64,000 nt of DNA from Pseudomonadota bacterium. Lineage in GTDB: Bacteria > Myxococcota > JACRCW01 > JAFGSX01. Every line of letters begins with the position of its first letter. The stretch's first letter is position 1. The notes beneath the pieces were generated by a model. The model was not told the DNA's origin. It searched no databases and saw nothing but the letters and a program-made list of their open reading frames with translations. Location of the stretch: assembly GCA_043821645.1 (NCBI GenBank), contig JBDRCO010000052.1, positions 1 to 64,000 of the forward strand, written 5' to 3'. Made by a program: the position numbers and the translations under genes. Of this stretch, positions 1 through 8,356 are shown piece after piece.

Positions 1-90
1 GCGGCTCCCGGAGCGGGGCAGGTGGCGCGCTGTCCCATTGCGGCGGGCGACGCGGTGCGCGAGGGGCAAATGCTGGTCGAGTTCACCTGA
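1..90 (+). CDS. 3' end of a biotin/lipoyl carrier domain protein (decarboxylase biotin carrier or alpha subunit), partial
   Basis: Frame 1 reads AAPGAGQVARCPIAAGDAVREGQMLVEFT*, the typical C-terminal half of a biotinyl domain (AP..G.V......GD.V..GQ.L). It lies directly upstream of the decarboxylase beta subunit. Confidence 0.75.
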   Translation, partial: AAPGAGQVARCPIAAGDAVREGQMLVEFT

Positions 91-102
91 GGAGCGCCCG
101 TC

Positions 103-1227
103 ATGGAACTGCTGCAGGGCTTCATCGAGAGCGGCGCCGCAGGCCACCTCAGTGTGGGTCACGTGGTCATGATCGTCGTGGGTGTGCTCTTTCTGTGGTT
201 GGCCATCTCTCGCGACTACGAGCCCCTGCTGCTGGTTCCCATCGGTTTTGGCATCCTGGTGGGCAACATACCTCACGCGGCCGGTCTCGGGCTCGGCGTG
301 TACGAGGAGGGCAGCGTCCTGTCCATCCTGTATCGAGGTGTGTCCCAGGGCTACTACCCGCCGCTCATCTTCCTCGGCATCGGCGCCATGACAGACTTCT
401 CGGCCATGCTGTCGTCACCACGCCTGATCCTGCTCGGTGCGGCTGCTCAGGCGGGTATCTTTTTGACCTTCGCCGGCGCCCTGGCTCTGGGTTTCGACCT
501 TCGCCAGGCCGCGGCCATCGGCATCATCGGAGGTGCCGACGGTCCGACCGCGATCTTTTTGGCGTCGCGAATGGCTCCGGACCATCTGGGCGCCATCGCC
601 ATCGCGGCCTATTCCTACATGGCCCTGGTCCCGGTGATCCAGCCGCCCATCATTCGCTTGCTGACGACGAGGACCGAGCGTCTCATCCGCATGCGGCCGA
701 CGCGTCCGGTGAGCACGCGCCTGCGCATCCTGTTCCCGGTGGTGGCCTTTTTGATCACCGGCCTCATCGTGCCGGGCGCGCTCAACCTGCTCGGCATGTT
801 GTTCTTTGGAAACCTCCTCAAGGAATGCGGGGTGACCGAGCGCCTGGCCAAGACCGCTCGCACCGCGTTCATCGACATCGTCACCATCATCCTCGGCTTC
901 GCGGTGGGTACCTCCACCGACGCCACGCGTTTTCTCACCCCGGCCTCGCTCAAGATCTTTGCGCTGGGTGCCGCCGCTTTTGCCGTGGCGACCGCTGCCG
1001 GCGTGCTCGGCGCCAAGCTCATGAACCTGTTCTCGGCCGACAAGATCAACCCCATCATCGGCGCCGCCGGCGTGTCCGCGGTGCCGGACTCCGCGCGCGT
1101 CTGTCAGGTGGTGGGTGCCCGTGAGGATCCGCAGAATTTTTTGATCATGCACGCCATGGCACCCAACGTGGCCGGTGTCATCGGCTCCGCCGTCGCTGCG
1201 GGTGTGTTTCTGGTCGCGCTTCCCTAA
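103..1227 (+). CDS. oadB: Sodium ion-translocating decarboxylase beta subunit (OadB/MmdB/GcdB family)
   Basis: Hallmark motifs EPLLLVPIGFG, PPLIFLGIGAMTDF, IGIIGGADGPT, AYSYMALVP and MAPNVAGVIGSA; GAGGAG RBS upstream. Substrate cannot be assigned from the sequence. Confidence 0.93.
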   Translation: MELLQGFIESGAAGHLSVGHVVMIVVGVLFLWLAISRDYEPLLLVPIGFGILVGNIPHAAGLGLGVYEEGSVLSILYRGVSQGYYPPLIFLGIGAMTDFSAMLSSPRLILLGAAAQAGIFLTFAGALALGFDLRQAAAIGIIGGADGPTAIFLASRMAPDHLGAIAIAAYSYMALVPVIQPPIIRLLTTRTERLIRMRPTRPVSTRLRILFPVVAFLITGLIVPGALNLLGMLFFGNLLKECGVTERLAKTARTAFIDIVTIILGFAVGTSTDATRFLTPASLKIFALGAAAFAVATAAGVLGAKLMNLFSADKINPIIGAAGVSAVPDSARVCQVVGAREDPQNFLIMHAMAPNVAGVIGSAVAAGVFLVALP

Positions 1228-1242
1228 AACGAGGAGACGGGC

Positions 1243-2643
1243 TCAGTCATCGTCCTTGACCTCGAGCACCACGGGCGGCTCTCGCGGATCTTCGGCCAGC
1301 TGCCAGGTCAGAACCGCGAGCGCTGCAACCTGCTGCTGCAGAACCTGCGGGTCTATGGTGTCCAGGGTGTCGGCCGCCGAGTGGTGCAGCTCGAAGTAGC
1401 GAGCCGCGTCCGACTCGAGGCCAATGTTGAGCACCCGGACGTCGCGCAGGGGCAGCAGGTCCACGCCGCCAAAGCCCTCGTCGACCTGTGCCGCACCCAA
1501 ACTCGAGAGCGGGGCGGCCAGCTCGCGGACCCGCACTGTGGCCTCGGCGCCTCCCTCGACGGTGAAGCCCAGGGGTTTGCCCCCGCCTCGATCGGCCTCG
1601 ATGGCCGCGACGTGGCGCTCGGTGCCGTGCTTCTCGGCATACGCATACGCCCCGCGCATGCCGTTCTCCTCGTTGGTGAACAGCACCAGCCGCACCGTCC
1701 GGCGTGGACGCAGGTCCAGGCGCTTCAGCAGGGACAGCACCTCCATGGTGGCTACCACGCCGACACCATTATCATTGGCGCCCGGTGACAGGTCCCAGCT
1801 GTCGAGGTGGGCACCGATCAGCACGATCTCATTTGGTTTTTCGCGACCTCGCCACTCGGCCACGAGGTTGGCCGAAGGCGCATCGGGAGCGGTGGTGGGA
1901 CGTAGCACGAGCTGGATCCGGACCTGGCCATGGCGGCGCACCAGGCGCTCGAGCATGGCTGCATCCTCGACGGTGATCGAGGCCGCGGGAATCTTGGGTG
2001 CCCAGTCGCGATAGAACACGCCGCCGGTGTGCGGGGACTGCAAACTGCGCGACGCGGGTGAGCGCACCAGCACCGCCCTGGCTCCAAGCCTGGCCGCCTC
2101 GGAGGCACCGCGGCTGCGAAAGGCGTACACCGCATCATAGGCCTCGAAGGGTGGCAGCGACGCCGGCCAGTCGTACTGGAACAGCACGATGCTGCCCTGA
2201 GCCTCGGCGCTGCGCGCCTTGAGCTCGTCAAAACTCCGCACGACCACCAGCGGTGCGGTCACACCCCTGGCTGGGGTGGCCACGCTATTTCCCAGCGCCA
2301 CCACGTGCAGGGACCGCTTCAGGGGCGCCACGATGCTGGCGCGCTCCTCACCCCGGCGCCAGACCGGCACCTTCACCGCTTCGCGTCGCACCACGTCGAG
2401 ACCCTCGGCCTGGAGCTCACCCTCGGCCCAGGCGATGGCCCTGCTCAGGCCCTCGGATCCTGCGAGGCGTGGCCCCACGTCGTCGACCAGGACCTCGAGT
2501 CGTTGCATGGCGTGGTTCGTACTCAGGGCTGCCTGGGTCAGCTGGGTCACCGCATCGCCAGCTGGAGCAGAGGAGGGCGCTGCGGGTGATGCGGACGCCA
2601 GGACGGGAAGAAGCAGGCTCAAGGTGGTAAAATGGAGTGACAT
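1243..2643 (-). CDS. Secreted M28 family aminopeptidase (carboxypeptidase Q-like) with PA domain
   Basis: Signal peptide MSLHFTTLSLLLPVLASA; motifs GAHLDSWD, GANDNGVG, FTNEENG, EAD and HHSAADT. Confidence 0.9.
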   Translation of the reverse strand: MSLHFTTLSLLLPVLASASPAAPSSAPAGDAVTQLTQAALSTNHAMQRLEVLVDDVGPRLAGSEGLSRAIAWAEGELQAEGLDVVRREAVKVPVWRRGEERASIVAPLKRSLHVVALGNSVATPARGVTAPLVVVRSFDELKARSAEAQGSIVLFQYDWPASLPPFEAYDAVYAFRSRGASEAARLGARAVLVRSPASRSLQSPHTGGVFYRDWAPKIPAASITVEDAAMLERLVRRHGQVRIQLVLRPTTAPDAPSANLVAEWRGREKPNEIVLIGAHLDSWDLSPGANDNGVGVVATMEVLSLLKRLDLRPRRTVRLVLFTNEENGMRGAYAYAEKHGTERHVAAIEADRGGGKPLGFTVEGGAEATVRVRELAAPLSSLGAAQVDEGFGGVDLLPLRDVRVLNIGLESDAARYFELHHSAADTLDTIDPQVLQQQVAALAVLTWQLAEDPREPPVVLEVKDDD

Positions 2644-2790
2644 GGGCGGACACTGGCACAGGGCCGGCTCCCGCGCATCTGTGGAGCACGCAGCGCAGGA
2701 AGGGTGCGGTCGAGTCCGGAGCGATGCCCAGAGGGGGGAGTAACTCTCTTCAGGCTGCGCGGTGTTGAACGTGGTGAGACCCTCACCGAG

Positions 2791-3606
2791 GTGAACGTGT
2801 CCCTGTTCCTGGCCACTTGTTTGCTTGCTGCAGGGCCCCTGGTCGAGGCCAGCGTGCTCGACCGAGCACTCGACGAGCTGCGCAGCCACGCGGCGGAGGC
2901 CGTGCCGGTGTTGACCCCAGCGCAGCACACGAAACTGGGACGCGGTGAGGTGGTGGCGCTGTATCGCTCACCCGGACCTTCGCAGCCCTGCGGCGCTCTG
3001 GGCCTGGTGGTCCTGGCGCAGCCCCGCGTCGAGCTCTGGCTCGCAGCCCGCGACGACCACGGCGAGGCCATGGCCGATCTCACCACCCATCTGATCGTTC
3101 GAGACCACGACGACGAGGTCAGCTATGGCCACCTGCGCCTGCCCTGGCCCCTCGAGGCACGGCGCTGGCAGGTGCGCGCGCGTGACAACAGGAATCTGGC
3201 CGCGGCGACCGGGGGTCGGGCCTGGGAGCGCCACTGGGACCTGGAGCCCGGTTGCGCAGCGCGCGTCGTGGTCCAGCGGGGGGAGATTTCCGGCGTGAGT
3301 CTCGAGGACTACGATCGAGCCGTCGCGGTCGCGACCAACCATGGAGCCTGGATCGCGGTCGAGCTCGACTCCCGCCACACCCTGCTCGGCTTCTCGGTGA
3401 GCACGCAGGTAGGTGGCTTCATCCCCGACGAGCTGGTGGCGCAGTACTCGGTGCTGCGCATGGATGCGATCCTGCGCGGGGTCGAGGCCCGCGCACACCA
3501 GGTGCATCAGCACTACGTGACCGGACATGCGCTAGTGCGCGGCGGTGATGGCGTGGTCCTCCCGACTTATGCGCCGGCCGGTGTGCCCGACGTGGCGCGG
3601 CGCTAG
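2791..3606 (+). CDS. Exported hypothetical protein, START/SRPBCC-like
   Basis: GTG start after GAG, signal-like N-terminus, LPWPLEARRW motif, and G.W....GGFIPD pattern typical of bacterial START-like proteins. Confidence 0.5.
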   Translation: MNVSLFLATCLLAAGPLVEASVLDRALDELRSHAAEAVPVLTPAQHTKLGRGEVVALYRSPGPSQPCGALGLVVLAQPRVELWLAARDDHGEAMADLTTHLIVRDHDDEVSYGHLRLPWPLEARRWQVRARDNRNLAAATGGRAWERHWDLEPGCAARVVVQRGEISGVSLEDYDRAVAVATNHGAWIAVELDSRHTLLGFSVSTQVGGFIPDELVAQYSVLRMDAILRGVEARAHQVHQHYVTGHALVRGGDGVVLPTYAPAGVPDVARR

Positions 3607-3687
3607 GCCGAGCTGGTGCAGGGGCTCGAGACAGGACGGGATCTGCCCCCTCGAGGCCTGGGTCCGGTGCGCGGCCCGTGGCATCCC

Positions 3688-3716
3688 TTGACCGCTCCAC
3701 GTCGAGGGTCTATGAC
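3688..3716 (+). promoter_or_regulatory. Putative sigma70 promoter for the yidD-like/TPR/coaX/pcnB operon
   Basis: TTGACC-N17-TATGAC just upstream of the ORF at 3725. Confidence 0.45.
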
Positions 3717-3724
3717 CGGAGGCC

Positions 3725-4276
3725 TTGATGCTGCCGCCTCCTGTCGCGGTGGCCCGGACCTGTCTCGCTGCCTGTGCGAGGTCGCGAGCGACGAGGTTCC
3801 TTTTGCTGCTGGTGCTCTCCGTGGCAGCTCTGATCGCCACGGTTCCGCCTGATTTCGGGCCCTTCTCCACCGACGCGGCTCCCGCGGTCGGCCGGCTGGG
3901 GACCGTGCCCGGGAGCGGCCCCTGGGAGGCCTCGGCGCCCATCCTGGGGGAGGTCAGCCTGGCGCAGGCACGCACGAAGATCCCGCGCCGTGCCGGGGGG
4001 AGCAACCCGCTGTACCTGGCCTTCCTGCTGTACAAGTACACCATCTCGGCGACCGACGGTCCGCGCTGCCAGCATTACCCGACCTGCTCCCATTATGGTG
4101 TGCTGGCGGTCCGCAAGCACGGCCTGCTCGGCATCGTGATGACCATCGACCGGCTCTGGCAATCGAGCCAGCCCACGTCTGTGCGTCCGTATCCGGTGGT
4201 GCGGGTCAACGGCGTGCCGCGCTTCTTTGACCCGGTCGAGGCTTCGGACTTCTGGTTCAGCGAGCCCACATCATGA
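3725..4276 (+). CDS. Membrane protein insertion efficiency factor YidD-like protein with N-terminal hydrophobic extension
   Basis: Y...IS..DGPRCQHYPTCSHYG..A..KHG...G...T.DRL matches the YidD/haemolytic domain. Start is uncertain. Confidence 0.75.
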   Translation: MMLPPPVAVARTCLAACARSRATRFLLLLVLSVAALIATVPPDFGPFSTDAAPAVGRLGTVPGSGPWEASAPILGEVSLAQARTKIPRRAGGSNPLYLAFLLYKYTISATDGPRCQHYPTCSHYGVLAVRKHGLLGIVMTIDRLWQSSQPTSVRPYPVVRVNGVPRFFDPVEASDFWFSEPTS

Positions 4277-5313
4277 CCCCATTCCTGACCGTGCTCGTCG
4301 CGCTGCACCTCGCTGCGACGCAGCCTGTTCCTGCCAGCGATGCTGCTGTTCTTGCCGAGGACCCGGGTGTGGCGCAGGCGCTGGAGATGCAACCGGCGAG
4401 CGCTCCGGCGTCGCGGCCCGAGGTCACACCCTTCGTCGATGGCCTGGCGAGCTTCTCGCTGGACTATGGCGACCATCTGTTTCGCGACGGCGACTACTAC
4501 CGGGCCATCGGCGAGTACCGGCGTTACCTCTACCTCACGCGCGGGCTGGGCGACGATGCGCAGCGGGTGGCCCTGGCTATAGGCGAGGCCTACCTGCGCG
4601 CCCGCCAGCTCGATGCCGCGGCGTCGCAGTTCGAGAGCGTGGCGCGTCGGACCCATGGCCAGCAGCGTGGCGTGGCCCTGGTCAGTGCGGCGAGGGCTGC
4701 CCTGCTCGATGACAAGCCCCTGCTGGCCTCGCGCTGGCTGGCAGATGCGCGCGAGCATGCTCAGGGTGATCCCGTTCTCCTCGACGAGGCGATGTTCCTG
4801 CTGGGCTGGGCGCGGCTGGGCGAGCGCGACTACGATGCGGCGCGGGCGGCCTTTGCCGCGATCGCTGCGGGCCAGGGCCCTCGCAAGGCCACAGCGGCAT
4901 CGGTGGTGGCGCAGCTGGACCAGCGTGATCAGCTTGAACAGAAGAACCCCCTGATCGCCGGAGCCCTGTCGCTCATCCCCGGGCTTGGCCACATCTATCT
5001 GGGGCAGTGGGCGGTGGGTGTGGCAGCCCTGAGCTGGAATGCCCTGTTCATCTTCGCCACGGGCTGGTCGATCTACACCGGGGAGTGGGGTGTGGCTGCG
5101 GTGCTGGCTGTGTTCGAACTGAGCTGGTTCTCCGGCACCATGTTCGGCGCCCTCAACGGTGCCTTTCGCCACAACCAGGATGTGGTCGCCAACTGGCAGG
5201 ACGAGATCGTGGGAGGTTTCGGGCGCAGCCGCGAGCTTGGCGACGTGGCCGAGGCGACGGGGCGCCCCGGGGCCCTGCCTCGACTGGTTCCTGGCCTCGT
5301 CGCAGGAGGATGA
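4273..5313 (+). CDS. TPR protein with C-terminal membrane (TM2-like) region
   Basis: Signal peptide; TPR-like repeats (GDYYRAIGEYRRY); C-terminal KNPLIAGALSLIPGLGHIYLG plus TM helices; ATGA overlap with the upstream gene. Confidence 0.7.
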   Translation: MTPFLTVLVALHLAATQPVPASDAAVLAEDPGVAQALEMQPASAPASRPEVTPFVDGLASFSLDYGDHLFRDGDYYRAIGEYRRYLYLTRGLGDDAQRVALAIGEAYLRARQLDAAASQFESVARRTHGQQRGVALVSAARAALLDDKPLLASRWLADAREHAQGDPVLLDEAMFLLGWARLGERDYDAARAAFAAIAAGQGPRKATAASVVAQLDQRDQLEQKNPLIAGALSLIPGLGHIYLGQWAVGVAALSWNALFIFATGWSIYTGEWGVAAVLAVFELSWFSGTMFGALNGAFRHNQDVVANWQDEIVGGFGRSRELGDVAEATGRPGALPRLVPGLVAGG

Positions 5314-5316
5314 AGC

Positions 5317-6087
5317 GTGCTGCTGGTCTGCGACATAGGCAACACCAACACCGTGCTCGGCGTGTTCGAGGCTGATCAGCTGCGCGGTCACTGGCGCCTG
5401 TCCACCGAGCGCAAGCGCACCAGCGACGAGTGGAACCTGTTGCTGCGTCAGCTGCTGGGACTGGCCGGGTTGACCACCGAGCAGCTCCACGCTGCCATCC
5501 TGGCCAGCGTGGTGCCTCCCCTCACCCTCGTCGTAGCCCGAGCACTGCAAGACGTGACCGGGGTCGAGACCGTGGTCGTGGGGCCAGGGGTCAAGACCGG
5601 CATGCCCATCCTGGTCGAGAATCCCAAGGAGGTGGGCGCGGACCGCATCGTGAATGCCGTGGCGGCCTTCGAGCGCCACCAGCAGGCGCTCATCATCGTC
5701 GACCTGGGGACCGCCACCACCTTCGATGCGGTGTCGGCGCGCGGTGAGTACCTGGGCGGCGCCATCGCCCCGGGGATCGCCATCTCCATGGACGCCCTGT
5801 TTCACCACGCGGCCAAGCTGCCCCGCGTGGACTTCGCTCGCCCCGCACACGTGGTCGGGCGCAACACTGTCGAGAGCATGCAATCCGGAATGTTCTTCGG
5901 TTACACCGCGCTGGTCGACGGTCTGGTCGAGCGCATGCGCGGTGAGATGGAAGGACCTGTCAAGATCGTCGCCACCGGGGGCCTGGCCAGGCACATCTCC
6001 CAGGCGTCGCGATCCATCGAGATCGTCGACGAGATGCTGACCCTCGAAGGCCTGCACATCCTCTACCACCGCAACGCCATACCATGA
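5317..6087 (+). CDS. coaX: Type III pantothenate kinase
   Basis: Motifs DIGNTN, EVGADR, VDLGTATTFD, GGAIAPG and ATGG. Confidence 0.95.
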   Translation: MLLVCDIGNTNTVLGVFEADQLRGHWRLSTERKRTSDEWNLLLRQLLGLAGLTTEQLHAAILASVVPPLTLVVARALQDVTGVETVVVGPGVKTGMPILVENPKEVGADRIVNAVAAFERHQQALIIVDLGTATTFDAVSARGEYLGGAIAPGIAISMDALFHHAAKLPRVDFARPAHVVGRNTVESMQSGMFFGYTALVDGLVERMRGEMEGPVKIVATGGLARHISQASRSIEIVDEMLTLEGLHILYHRNAIP

Positions 6088-7394
6088 GCACAGCACCTGA
6101 GTTCTCCATGTCCAGTTCCCCCGTGATCGACGACAGGCCCGAGATCGCTGCCCTCCGCGATCGCATCGACCCCGATGCCCGCGATGTGGTTGCGCGCCTG
6201 CGCGAGGCCGGTCACGAGGCTTACCTCGTCGGCGGCTGCGTTCGCGATCTGCTGCTTGGCCTGCCTCCCAAGGACTTCGACCTTGCCACCAGCGCGCATC
6301 CGTCCGAGATCCGGATGCTGCTGCGCAACTGCAGGCTCATCGGCAGGCGCTTCCGGCTGGCCCACATCTACTTTCGCGGTGGCAAGATCATCGAGACGGC
6401 CACTTTCCGGGCCAATCCTCTCGAGGAGATGGACGAGCCCCCGGCGGATCTGCTGCTCAGCCAGGACAACGTTTTTGGCACGGCCGAACAGGACGCACGC
6501 CGGCGCGACTTCACCGTCAATGGCATGTTCTACGAACCCGAGAGCGGGCGGGTCATCGACTATGTCGGTGGGCTCGAGGACCTGCAGCGGCGAACCCTGC
6601 GCCTCATCGGCGATCCCTCGGTGCGCATCCAGGAAGACCCCGTGCGCATCCTGCGCGCGGCACGTTTCGCGGCCCGGCTCAGCTTCGACGTCGGACCGCG
6701 GACCTACGACGCCATGCGCAGCCACGTGCAGGGTCTGCAGCGCTGTGCCACGGCACGCCTGGTCGAGGAGATACAGCGCCTGGTGCACTGTGGCGCCGCG
6801 CGGCGCGCGGTGGATCTTGCCATCGAGGTGGGAGCGATCGGTGTGCTGCTTCCCGAACTCGGTCAGGCTCTCGAGAGCCGGCCCGAGGCGCGCTCCGCGT
6901 TGATGGCCATGCTCCACAGCTACGACGCAGCTCGGGCCAGGGGCTACCTCGGCTCCAATGCCCTGGCCTGGTCGCTGCTCGTGCTGCCGCTGACCCGCGG
7001 CCTCGAGGAGAGCGAGCAGTTGACGTGGATCCACGATGTTCTCCAGAGCATCGGCGAGCGGCTCAAGACTCCGAAGCGGGACCGCGAGACCGTCGAGACC
7101 CTGGGGACGCTGGTCGCCGAGCTGGGCCGACGTCCCCGCACCGAGCGCGCGGCCCGGGCCCTGGTGCGCCGTGCGGCCTTTGGCGAGGCTCTGGTCCTGC
7201 GGACGCTGGAGCTGCATGCCGCTGGCCAGCCCCTGGGGGAGATCGGAGAATGGAAGGCGATCGCCCGCAACCTCGGGGTCGCCATCGAGGCCCTGCCCGG
7301 CGCGCCGCGTCCCGGGGAACGCGCGGCGGCTCGCAGCAGGTCGCACCGGGGTGGACGGCGTCCTCGGGGCGGGCGCGGAGCTCAGCGTTCCTAG
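6084..7394 (+). CDS. pcnB: Poly(A) polymerase I (PcnB family)
   Basis: VGGCVRDLLLG..PKDFD, the PAP-diagnostic LIGRRFRLAHI, RRDFTVN, EDPVRILRA and an Arg-rich C-tail. Confidence 0.9.
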   Translation: MSTAPEFSMSSSPVIDDRPEIAALRDRIDPDARDVVARLREAGHEAYLVGGCVRDLLLGLPPKDFDLATSAHPSEIRMLLRNCRLIGRRFRLAHIYFRGGKIIETATFRANPLEEMDEPPADLLLSQDNVFGTAEQDARRRDFTVNGMFYEPESGRVIDYVGGLEDLQRRTLRLIGDPSVRIQEDPVRILRAARFAARLSFDVGPRTYDAMRSHVQGLQRCATARLVEEIQRLVHCGAARRAVDLAIEVGAIGVLLPELGQALESRPEARSALMAMLHSYDAARARGYLGSNALAWSLLVLPLTRGLEESEQLTWIHDVLQSIGERLKTPKRDRETVETLGTLVAELGRRPRTERAARALVRRAAFGEALVLRTLELHAAGQPLGEIGEWKAIARNLGVAIEALPGAPRPGERAAARSRSHRGGRRPRGGRGAQRS

Positions 7395-7518
7395 GTCGCT
7401 GCGGGTGCGGCCGGGGTGGAGCCCTTCGAGATTCGTTGTCGCCGATGCGGACGGATGAGCATGGCCGGCACGTTGCCGGCATGCGTGAGGGCGCCCATTG
7501 TCCCTCGAAAGGAATGCG

Positions 7519-8307
7519 ATGTCGCGCCTGCGCCTGGATCGCCCCCTGGCCATCCTCGACCTGGAGACCACCGGTACCAGCCTGGTCGAGGATCGCGTGG
7601 TCGAGATCGCCATCGTCACGCTCTACCCCGACGGGCACCGCGAACGCTGGGTCACCCGGGTCAACCCGGGACGATCCATCCCTGCGGCCTCCAGCGCCAT
7701 CCACGGCATTCGCGACGAGGATGTGCGCGAGTCTCCCCGGTTCGAGCAGATCGCGCCCGAGGTGCTGCGCATGCTCACCGACGTCGACGTCGGGGGCTAC
7801 AACGCGCTTCGCTTCGACTTGCCGCTTCTTCAGAAGGAGTTCGAGCGCGCGGGTGTCGCGCCCCGCGAGCCCCTGCGCCACGTCGTCGACCCCCAGGTCA
7901 TCTTTCACCGCATGGAGCCACGCGACCTGAGTGCGGCGGTACGCCTGTACTGTGGCCATGAGCTGGTCGATGCCCACGGAGCGCTCGCGGACGCCGAGGC
8001 GACCCTGGATGTGCTGCTGGCCCAGGTCGAGCACTACGCCACGTCGCCACGGCAGATCCCGGACACGGTTCCTGGACTCGCCGATCTGAGCCAGCGTCGC
8101 GACGACAACGCCCTGGATCCAGACGGCAAGCTGATCTGGATCGACGACGAAGCTGCGATCGGTTTCGGCAAGTACAAGGGCACCACACTCCGCCGCATGT
8201 TGCTGGACGCACCCGACTACCTGGACTGGATCGTGCGCCGTGACTTCAACGACGAGGTCAAGGCCATCGTCCGCGGAGTGCAGCGAGGCGAGTTTCCCTC
8301 GCGCTGA
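7519..8307 (+). CDS. DEDDh 3'-5' exonuclease (DNA Pol III epsilon-like) with C-terminal FGKYKG domain
   Basis: DLETTG, YN..RFD and HGALAD; C-terminal IGFGKYKG..L......YLDW. Confidence 0.88.
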   Translation: MSRLRLDRPLAILDLETTGTSLVEDRVVEIAIVTLYPDGHRERWVTRVNPGRSIPAASSAIHGIRDEDVRESPRFEQIAPEVLRMLTDVDVGGYNALRFDLPLLQKEFERAGVAPREPLRHVVDPQVIFHRMEPRDLSAAVRLYCGHELVDAHGALADAEATLDVLLAQVEHYATSPRQIPDTVPGLADLSQRRDDNALDPDGKLIWIDDEAAIGFGKYKGTTLRRMLLDAPDYLDWIVRRDFNDEVKAIVRGVQRGEFPSR

Positions 8308-8356
8308 CGAGCGACGGCGGCCTTTTTCGTTTTTTACAGGATGCTGAGGTCCGGGA

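Noticed and set aside
8308-8340. T-rich stretch after the exonuclease as an intrinsic terminator
   Set aside because: No convincing GC stem lies immediately before the T run.
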